From assembly GCA_001002285.1 (NCBI GenBank), contig LCLX01000002.1, positions 3,827 through 67,826 on the forward strand: a stretch of DNA of 64,000 nucleotides, read 5' to 3'. Both the position numbers and the translations under genes were made by a program. The DNA comes from Microgenomates group bacterium GW2011_GWC1_46_15. Lineage in GTDB: Bacteria > Patescibacteriota > Microgenomatia > UBA1400 > UBA12028. This document shows, piece by piece, positions 57,145-64,000 of the stretch (positions are counted from its first letter, which is position 1; each line of letters begins with the position of its first letter). The notes beneath the pieces are model-generated. The model was not told the DNA's origin, did not search any database, and was given only the letters and a program-made list of their open reading frames with translations.

Positions 57145-59022
57145 ATGCTCTCGCTTTCTTCACCAATATCTGAAGTAAAAGGAGTCGGAGAAACTACTTC
57201 AAAAAAGTTTTCAGCTCACGCAAAACTCGGGGAACAGGTAAGCATTGCCGCCGAAGTTACGTCAATCACACAGTTCCGTACACGCCGGGGGCTTATTGTT
57301 GTAAAGGCACGCATTGCAGACACTACCGGTTCGTTCGATATTGTGTGGTTCAATCAGCCATATGTAATGACCGTGTTGAAAAAGGGAACACAAAAAATGT
57401 TTAGCGGGAAAGTTGTTGTCAACACATTTTCCAAAAAAATGACGTTGCAAAATCCAACACTGGAAGACGTAGAAAAAGATGAGTACCTCCACAGCAGCCG
57501 GCGCGTTCCCGTGTATCCCGAAACCGAGGATCTTTCTTCGCGCGTGATCCGCACTATTGTTTCGCGCGTTTTGCACCACACGCCCAACATCCCCGATGTG
57601 TTTTCTGCTGATTTCCGCGCGGCCCATCATTTGCCGTCTTTTGATCAAACACTACGGCTTATCCATTTTCCAGAAGACGATACCAATGTTGAAACATATA
57701 AACGGCGTCTCGCGTTTCAAGAGGTGTTTACGCTTTTGCAACAAGCAAAGGAGCGGCAAAAAGCACTTCATATGATAAAAGTTCCGAACGTACTGCATAT
57801 TACGGAAAACGACCGGCTTACGTTTGAGCACACGCTTCCGTTTACATTGTCAATTTCACAAATACACGCACTTGAAGATCTTTCGCGCGATCTTGTGCAA
57901 CCATATCCCAGCAACCGGTTGATTCAGGGAGAGGTGGGGTCGGGGAAAACGGTTGTTGCGGCGTTCGCGCTCTATTGTGCGGTCAAACAAGGAACAGATG
58001 CTATCTTTATCGCGCCAACGCATATTGTCGCGCATCAACATCTCCATACTCTGGAACCCATCTTCAAAAAACTTGGCGTTTCTACACAACTCATTACTGC
58101 AGATCATCCGCTCAAAGAAAAACGCGCTAAAACTGGGGGGATTGTGTACATCGGTACACACGCGTTATTTCAACACGCAAAAACACTAAAGCCCGCGGTT
58201 GTTGTCATTGATGAAGAACACCGATTTGGCGTGGAACAACGCGACACATTTTGGAGTGCAATAAAAAAACCACATTTGATTACGATGACCGCAACGCCAA
58301 TCCCGCGGACCGTCGCATATACCGTGTTTGCCGACCGTGAGGTAAGTTACATCGAAGAAATTCCAGAAAAACGCAAACACACAACAACAAAAGTGATCGC
58401 TCCCGCAAACCGCGCACAAACATACGAGCGGATCAAAAAGAAGATACTCAACGATCATATTCAAGTATTTATCGTGTGCCCCTTCATTCAGGAATCGGAA
58501 AAAGAAACACTTTCATCAATTAAAGCGGCAGAGAAAGAATACGAAACGATTCGTAAAATTTTTGCTGATTTCAACATTGCTCTGCTTCATGGAAAAACAC
58601 CGAAAGAAAAACGCGACACCATTTTTACAAACATGCGTGACGGTAAAATCGATATTCTTGTTTCCACACCAATCATTGAAGTCGGTGTCGATATTCCCAA
58701 TGCATCAATCATGATTATCGAAGGCGCTGAACGGTTCGGCCTGGCTCAACTCCACCAGCTTCGCGGACGCGTAGGTAGAGCGGGGCAAGAGGCATTTTGT
58801 CTTTTATTTACCAGTGAAGGGATTGGCGAAACAAAGCGATTGCGGATTTTGGAAACACATGACAATGGGAACGAACTCGCGGAACTCGATCTCAAACTGC
58901 GGGGAAGCGGAGAGCTGCTTGGAACACAACAACATGGGTGGAACACGCTTAAGTTTGCCAGTTGGTTTGACACGGAACTCATTCAGGAGTGTAAAAAGGC
59001 GATTGATCAAGAAATTTCTTGA
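57145..59022 (+). CDS. recG: ATP-dependent DNA helicase RecG (apparent short N-terminal deletion)
   Basis: QGEVGSGKT, DEEHRFG, TATPIPRT, QLHQLRGRVGR. Confidence 0.93.
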   Translation: MLSLSSPISEVKGVGETTSKKFSAHAKLGEQVSIAAEVTSITQFRTRRGLIVVKARIADTTGSFDIVWFNQPYVMTVLKKGTQKMFSGKVVVNTFSKKMTLQNPTLEDVEKDEYLHSSRRVPVYPETEDLSSRVIRTIVSRVLHHTPNIPDVFSADFRAAHHLPSFDQTLRLIHFPEDDTNVETYKRRLAFQEVFTLLQQAKERQKALHMIKVPNVLHITENDRLTFEHTLPFTLSISQIHALEDLSRDLVQPYPSNRLIQGEVGSGKTVVAAFALYCAVKQGTDAIFIAPTHIVAHQHLHTLEPIFKKLGVSTQLITADHPLKEKRAKTGGIVYIGTHALFQHAKTLKPAVVVIDEEHRFGVEQRDTFWSAIKKPHLITMTATPIPRTVAYTVFADREVSYIEEIPEKRKHTTTKVIAPANRAQTYERIKKKILNDHIQVFIVCPFIQESEKETLSSIKAAEKEYETIRKIFADFNIALLHGKTPKEKRDTIFTNMRDGKIDILVSTPIIEVGVDIPNASIMIIEGAERFGLAQLHQLRGRVGRAGQEAFCLLFTSEGIGETKRLRILETHDNGNELAELDLKLRGSGELLGTQQHGWNTLKFASWFDTELIQECKKAIDQEIS

Positions 59023-59034
59023 TATAATCACCCC

Positions 59035-59352
59035 ATGGTAGAAAATGGAACGTTTTACATCCGCGAACATCATTTAAAATTCCGTATCACTGCGAAGTGT
59101 TTGAGCAACAAAACTCCTGAAGAATTGGCTGAAGATTGGATCCGTGGGATTGATAGAAATCCCAAATATCAAACGCTTCAACATCCTGATGTTCGCGAGG
59201 CAATGAGAGATGGATATGCTCAACATATTCGTAACTTTCGTGCAGGCAAAAAACAAAAAATTGTAGAGGGAGTTGAGTTGTCCTTGGACCCGATTTGCGC
59301 AATGTGTATCAATGAGTGGTGTGGAGACTCTACAGTGTATAGAAAAAAATAA
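59035..59352 (+). CDS. Hypothetical protein, possibly DUF1284-like
   Basis: IREHHL near the N-terminus and DPICAMC...C. Confidence 0.5.
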   Translation: MVENGTFYIREHHLKFRITAKCLSNKTPEELAEDWIRGIDRNPKYQTLQHPDVREAMRDGYAQHIRNFRAGKKQKIVEGVELSLDPICAMCINEWCGDSTVYRKK

Positions 59353-59356
59353 GAAA

Positions 59357-60607
59357 TTACTTCTTTTTCTCCGTTACCATCTCACCTAACATCTTGATCG
59401 GCCATATCATAAAAAGTTGAATGCACGCGATGATCAACGGCGCCCACCGCAAAGCCGTATTCTGGGAAAATGCCACAAGAAGTCCAATCACGATGAGTAT
59501 TCCGCCCAACCGCCCAATGTTAAAAAAAAGTTCATTGTCGCACACATACGCGTACTGGTCAGCGGGACCATCCGCTTCCTGCTCCATCACTTCCATGACA
59601 ACCGAGTAACTTGATGGCCACTGGAGTACATACACAATCGTAAACGCAAGCGTGTACACGAATGCGCCAAACCAAGTAAACCAGCTTGCGAGAAATCCTG
59701 ATGCAAGGACAAAAATCACAGCTCCCACCGCAACAAACATCCACGAATGACGAAGGCTCGTTTTCCGCCCAATGACATAGAGCATAAACGCAGAAAGCCC
59801 CGCTGTTACCGCCTGCAATGTCCCCAAGACACCTTCACCGCCAATGAGGGTCAGGATTAACACACTTCCCATTGCGAGTGCTATCCCTACTTGGAGGTTA
59901 TATAGGATATGAAATAAACGCACGATCCACCATCGTCTCGTAACGTGTTTCACTACCAATCCATACACTGTTTCGTTACGCATCGTCGAACTCTGAAGCA
60001 CTCCTCCAGCAAGAATCGTGCATATCAACCCCACCACCATCACGACTTTATATGAAAGTTCATGCGCGTACCATTCAGTATGGTCTCCAAATGCGATAAA
60101 CCACCCGGCAAGTACTGGGACTACGATGTTAATCATTAAATCTACACTTGATTCGATACTGTTGTAGTACACTTTATTGGTTCCGCGCGTTAGTTTTAAA
60201 CTCAAGTAGTTTTTGTTTGCCCAGTACAGTCCTCCGCCAACACCATATAGTAATCCAAACATTCCAATATCTTGCACTGTTTTCGTGGCAAGAAATACAA
60301 CGCTCAGTGCGGTGATCCCTTGGAGCACTGCTCCAATAAAGTACAGCCGTAGCACATGAATTTTGCGCAGAAGGAAACCGTTGAGATAAAACCCGATCGG
60401 CAAACCGGTAATATATCCCAAATTGTAGATAATGACCCACCATATGCCCCCCGAAGTTCTCCACAAGTACGCATCCATAAATGTTGCAATGAGCGGATAC
60501 GACATGAGATACAAAAAATACGACAATAGAAGGTGCCGCGTGTCTTTGTGCAACGCACGGTAGTGTGAAAGCTCTATACTAATCCGTCTTTTTATCGAGT
60601 GGAACAT
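59357..60607 (-). CDS. MFS-like transporter
   Basis: About 12 hydrophobic segments; GGGLYWAN, NIGRLGG. Confidence 0.75.
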   Translation of the reverse strand: MFHSIKRRISIELSHYRALHKDTRHLLLSYFLYLMSYPLIATFMDAYLWRTSGGIWWVIIYNLGYITGLPIGFYLNGFLLRKIHVLRLYFIGAVLQGITALSVVFLATKTVQDIGMFGLLYGVGGGLYWANKNYLSLKLTRGTNKVYYNSIESSVDLMINIVVPVLAGWFIAFGDHTEWYAHELSYKVVMVVGLICTILAGGVLQSSTMRNETVYGLVVKHVTRRWWIVRLFHILYNLQVGIALAMGSVLILTLIGGEGVLGTLQAVTAGLSAFMLYVIGRKTSLRHSWMFVAVGAVIFVLASGFLASWFTWFGAFVYTLAFTIVYVLQWPSSYSVVMEVMEQEADGPADQYAYVCDNELFFNIGRLGGILIVIGLLVAFSQNTALRWAPLIIACIQLFMIWPIKMLGEMVTEKKK

Positions 60608-60705
60608 GGAGTAAGTATACCGCTCGCTCTATAAGAAGTGAAATTACTCTGTACATCAATGCCTTCTGATATAATTCAGATACTGTCAATAAACATGGAG
60701 GAAGT

Positions 60706-60927
60706 ATGGCAACCCCAAATAAAGACGCTTTGCAGTATCCCGTACCACCTGGCGAGCGAGAAAGTTGTCCGAAAAGAGAAGAGTACTTTGTTCTTCTTTC
60801 TCCTTGGGCTGGATTTGGCGCGGGGACCATTGTTGCGCGGAGAAAGCATACGGGTACTTTATATGGAGTTGTTGACGGTCATTACCCCCTACTTCTTTTT
60901 CCCTACCAGGTATCCTTTTGTTTCTAG
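60706..60927 (+). CDS. Hypothetical protein
   Basis: SD GGAGG; upstream TATAAT. Confidence 0.45.
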   Translation: MATPNKDALQYPVPPGERESCPKREEYFVLLSPWAGFGAGTIVARRKHTGTLYGVVDGHYPLLLFPYQVSFCF

Positions 60928-61419
60928 AAACTCTACAACCGCTTCATATGTTATTGCTGAAGAAGGCAGCTCCCCATATTTTCTCCCCTCAGAAGCATTC
61001 TCAAAAATAATGACGTGATTGTATGTGTTTATGCCATCGGCAAAGGGTTTGATTGCATCATCAAGAAGAACGTTCTTAACTGTAAAGCTCTGTCCATCAG
61101 CTATCCTGATAAGTGATTGTCCCACTAGTCTATGAGGATTTTCTTTTTCATGAGCTTGTTGTAGCTTCGCTTGCTCTAACCGATACGCTAACCATTTCTG
61201 ATAAAATTCTTGATATGAAGACTCTTTTCCTCTTTGTGTCTCAATCCAATACGCTTTTTGACCTTTAAAAATTTCAGCTTCCGCGCTTCCTATAGCGATA
61301 ACGGCTCCCGGACCTCCACTAAGAACACATATTAAATCGAGTTCTCGTACTAATGCTTTGAACGCTACCTCTTCTACATCTTCAACAATCCATACTCCTT
61401 GGGCTTCCTGTAATGGCAT
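60889..61419 (-). CDS. Hypothetical protein
   Basis: 176 aa AT-rich ORF with SD AAGGA. Confidence 0.6.
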   Translation of the reverse strand: MPLQEAQGVWIVEDVEEVAFKALVRELDLICVLSGGPGAVIAIGSAEAEIFKGQKAYWIETQRGKESSYQEFYQKWLAYRLEQAKLQQAHEKENPHRLVGQSLIRIADGQSFTVKNVLLDDAIKPFADGINTYNHVIIFENASEGRKYGELPSSAITYEAVVEFLETKGYLVGKKK

Positions 61420-61538
61420 AGGATGTTCCTTTCTCTATTTTATATTGATCTAAAGCGCATTATATCACTTATAGTACAAAGACAGATTCCATAATATGTG
61501 AATTGCAAATTTTCAAACTTCCAGGTAGAATACCCCTC

Positions 61539-61742
61539 ATGGGACCACTACCAAAGCGTCGTCACTCCACCGGAAGAGGCGGAAGACGATATAAAAACAT
61601 CAAGCAGGAAGTTGAGCATCTTCTAACATGCCAGAACTGTGGCGCGAAGAAGTTGAGCCACCGCGTATGTCCAGCGTGTGGAACATACTCCGCATCAGAA
61701 GCCAAGAAAACTGAAACAAAAAGCAAGAAACAGGCCAAGTAG
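61539..61742 (+). CDS. rpmF: 50S ribosomal protein L32
   Basis: PLPKRRHS...CQNCG...HRVCPACG. Confidence 0.95.
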   Translation: MGPLPKRRHSTGRGGRRYKNIKQEVEHLLTCQNCGAKKLSHRVCPACGTYSASEAKKTETKSKKQAK

Positions 61743-61751
61743 CCACACACC

Positions 61752-62138
61752 GTGAAAACTTCCGCAGATCCCAGACATCAAAAACGCATCACGAGAATGC
61801 GGGCAGCGTTCGCATATAGCTTTTCTCCCGAAACACAAGACGAAACAAAAGAAAAAGATTCAAACCTAAGTGCTATCGCAAAAAAACTCCCAAAATATGA
61901 CGCGCTTATCGCCGAAGCCGCTCCCGAATGGCCAATCAGCCAAATCAATAAAGTTGATCTCGCCATTCTGCGCGTTTCTATCCATGAGCTTCTTCAAAAC
62001 AAGACTCCCGAAAAAGTGGTGATTGATGAGGCGGTTGAGATTGCAAAACAGTATGGCGCGGAAAAAAGCCCCGCGTTTGTGAACGGAGTGTTAGCTACGA
62101 TCCTCGCACACCGCACTGCAACAAAAAAGTCCTCCTGA
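61752..62138 (+). CDS. nusB: Transcription antitermination factor NusB
   Basis: VDLAILR, VVIDEAVEIAKQYG...FVNGVL. Confidence 0.95.
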   Translation: MKTSADPRHQKRITRMRAAFAYSFSPETQDETKEKDSNLSAIAKKLPKYDALIAEAAPEWPISQINKVDLAILRVSIHELLQNKTPEKVVIDEAVEIAKQYGAEKSPAFVNGVLATILAHRTATKKSS

Positions 62139-62207
62139 CAGAGGACTCTCTCTAGACACGAAAAGTCTGCTTGACACATCCTTTGAAAAGCAATACAAAG
62201 AATAGGT

Positions 62208-62468
62208 ATGGACAGGCAAGACATTTTAAAAACCATTCAAACCGTGTGCAGTGAAACGGTCGGCATTGATCCCAAGGAGATTACGCCGCACGCCGATCTG
62301 CGTGACGACCTTGGGTTGTCACTCCCCGATATTGCCAATATTTTGACCAACCTCCAGGCACCATTTCACCTGGTGATCCCAAAAGAACAGGTAAAGTCGC
62401 TATTGGTAGACATGGTCACGGTTGAGGACATCATCACGTTTGTTGAAGACGAACTGGTCATGTCGTAG
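62208..62468 (+). CDS. Acyl carrier protein-like protein lacking the DSL motif
   Basis: ACP pattern (ITP.ADL.DDLG...F...IP...TVEDII) and position before rnc; reads DLGLSLPD. Confidence 0.7.
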   Translation: MDRQDILKTIQTVCSETVGIDPKEITPHADLRDDLGLSLPDIANILTNLQAPFHLVIPKEQVKSLLVDMVTVEDIITFVEDELVMS

Positions 62469-62490
62469 TCGGCCATGTCATAATAGACGC

Positions 62491-63156
62491 ATGGATATAC
62501 TTCCGCCCCTTCACGATAGTGCGCTAGAAAAAACAGCATTTACGCATCGTTCAGCACTCAATGAATTTCCTGATTTCACCGAGTCCAACGAGCGATTGGA
62601 GTTCTTAGGCGATGCTGTACTCGAGCTTTCCGCCTCCAAGTACCTCTATGAGAACTTCCCGCAGGACCCCGAGGGAACGCTCACAAACTACCGCTCTTCG
62701 TTGGTTAAAACAACCACTCTGGCAAAACTGGCGGCATCGTTGGGCATGGGTCAGCGTCTCATCTTGAGCAAGGGCGAAGTTCAGGGGGGCGGGCGCACGA
62801 ATACCGCATTGTTGGCAAACACCTTTGAGGCGTACATTGGCGCGTTATACCTCGACCAAGGGTTTGAAACGGTTGATGTATTCCTCCGCGCCCACTTATA
62901 CCCATTACTTGAGGGAATCCGGAGTAAAAATCTGCATAAAGACGCGAAAAGCAAGCTTCAGGAGTACTTGCAGTCCCAGCACGAAGAACCGCCGGTGTAC
63001 ATCGTAACAAAAGAGGACGGGCCGGCACACCAGCGTCTTTTTGAGGTGAGTTTACAGGTGAAAGGAAAAGAAATCGCGACGGCAGAAGGCAAAACAAAAC
63101 AGGACGCGCAGCAGACCGCCGCCACAAAAGCTCTTGAGATACTCGGAAAAACATGA
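62491..63156 (+). CDS. rnc: Ribonuclease III
   Basis: NERLEFLGDAVL, FEAYIGALYLD, dsRBD. Confidence 0.97.
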   Translation: MDILPPLHDSALEKTAFTHRSALNEFPDFTESNERLEFLGDAVLELSASKYLYENFPQDPEGTLTNYRSSLVKTTTLAKLAASLGMGQRLILSKGEVQGGGRTNTALLANTFEAYIGALYLDQGFETVDVFLRAHLYPLLEGIRSKNLHKDAKSKLQEYLQSQHEEPPVYIVTKEDGPAHQRLFEVSLQVKGKEIATAEGKTKQDAQQTAATKALEILGKT

Positions 63157-63187
63157 TACACTTCGGCTTCTATCGTTAAAGGATTTT

Positions 63188-63448
63188 ATGGTCAAAATTA
63201 AATTGATGAGAACAGGGCGCACACACCAAACGTTGTACCGTATTGTAGTTGTGGAAGAGCGATCCAAACTCACGGGTAAATACGTTGATTTGATTGGAAA
63301 CTACAATCCTTCCGCAAAACCAAAACAGCTACTCCTTGATAAGGCGAAGTATGACGCCTGGCTGAAAAAAGGCGCGCAACCAACCGAAACCGTTGCTTCG
63401 CTTGCAAAACGACAGTTTGCAGAAAAAATCCCGGCAAAGACGAAATAA
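63188..63448 (+). CDS. rpsP: 30S ribosomal protein S16
   Basis: MVKIKL.R.G, YRIVV, GAQPTETV. Confidence 0.96.
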   Translation: MVKIKLMRTGRTHQTLYRIVVVEERSKLTGKYVDLIGNYNPSAKPKQLLLDKAKYDAWLKKGAQPTETVASLAKRQFAEKIPAKTK

Positions 63449-63453
63449 TCATC

Positions 63454-63726
63454 ATGAAAAATCTGCTTGAGTTTATCCTTATCCACCTTGTGAACTTTCC
63501 CGATGATGTTGGTGTTGAGGAAACGGTTGGCGAGCGCGAAGACGTGTATACCATTTCTGTGAACGCGGCGGATATTGGCCGCATTATCGGCAAAGCTGGC
63601 AACACAATCCAAGCAATCCGGTCTATTGCAAAAGTTCGCGCAATGAAAGAGCATCGGCTCATCCGTATTTTGGTGAAAGAGCCAGAAGTTTCCGGACAAT
63701 CGTCTACAACAGACGAAACTGTTTAA
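63454..63726 (+). CDS. khpA: KH-domain RNA-binding protein KhpA
   Basis: DIGRIIGKAGNTIQAIR; follows rpsP. Confidence 0.92.
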   Translation: MKNLLEFILIHLVNFPDDVGVEETVGEREDVYTISVNAADIGRIIGKAGNTIQAIRSIAKVRAMKEHRLIRILVKEPEVSGQSSTTDETV

Positions 63727-63727
63727 C

Positions 63728-64000
63728 TTAGAGTGAGAATGGATTTTCTTTTCCTTGCGTTCCATCTGTGGGCTGTGGGGGAATTGTTGTCGCCTCGTAG
63801 ACTGTGTATTTTGCCAGATCATTTTCGCTGTATTTCTGCTCATCAGTCGTGAGCGAGGGAAGCGGTTTTAGTGCTTCTACACGGGCTGTAAGCGGGGCAT
63901 ACATGACCGAAAGTTTGATCCGCGCTTCATACAGTTTGCCTGACTCGCTTGCTGCTGGAGTTTTATCCTTTTGCGCAAGCGTTTTTGGTACAAGTGTGAA
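63728..64000 (-). CDS. C-terminal part of a gene, possibly PilO-like type IV pilus assembly protein
   Basis: Open frame from the window edge ending ...GKENPFSL-stop; the function is a guess from the NPF tail. Confidence 0.45.
   Translation of the reverse strand, partial: FTLVPKTLAQKDKTPAASESGKLYEARIKLSVMYAPLTARVEALKPLPSLTTDEQKYSENDLAKYTVYEATTIPPQPTDGTQGKENPFSL

Noticed and set aside
1-64000. Alternative genetic code (UGA recoding)
   Set aside because: Conserved genes are full-length in code 11 and several end in TGA.

Overview
A bacterial chromosomal segment in genetic code 11. Gene content, lineage-typical families and domain-trimmed tig, thrS and pheT suggest a Patescibacteria/CPR genome, probably Microgenomates; this is inference. 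Housekeeping genes include efp-epmA, tig, thrS-infC-rpmI-rplT-pheST, ruvCAB, tyrS, pyrEF, recG, rpmF-nusB-acp-rnc and rpsP-khpA, plus ten dispersed tRNAs and many orphan ORFs. There are two accessory blocks. One is a ~10.5 kb copper/thiol-redox cluster with its own two-component system (15.4-25.9 kb). The other is an AT-rich defence-like islet behind tRNA-Lys (DUF3892, XRE + IrrE/ImmA peptidase, type III R-M, Bro-N, DUF433). The best signals the ORF track does not show are: (1) a T-box riboswitch with an ultrashort Stem I before thrS; (2) a three-copy TTCAT-N6-TTCAT box at a fixed 11 nt from a -10 hexamer, defining a likely copper regulon with three uncharacterised Cys/His-motif genes; (3) two tRNAs with C33 instead of the near-universal U33; (4) unexplained structured RNAs at 37.34-37.56 kb; (5) pervasive leaderless gene starts; (6) an ACP-like protein lacking the canonical DSL serine. 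Several local lesions (a frameshift, deletions, an ATA start) may be assembly errors. All family assignments come from motif recognition by eye; no database search was run.
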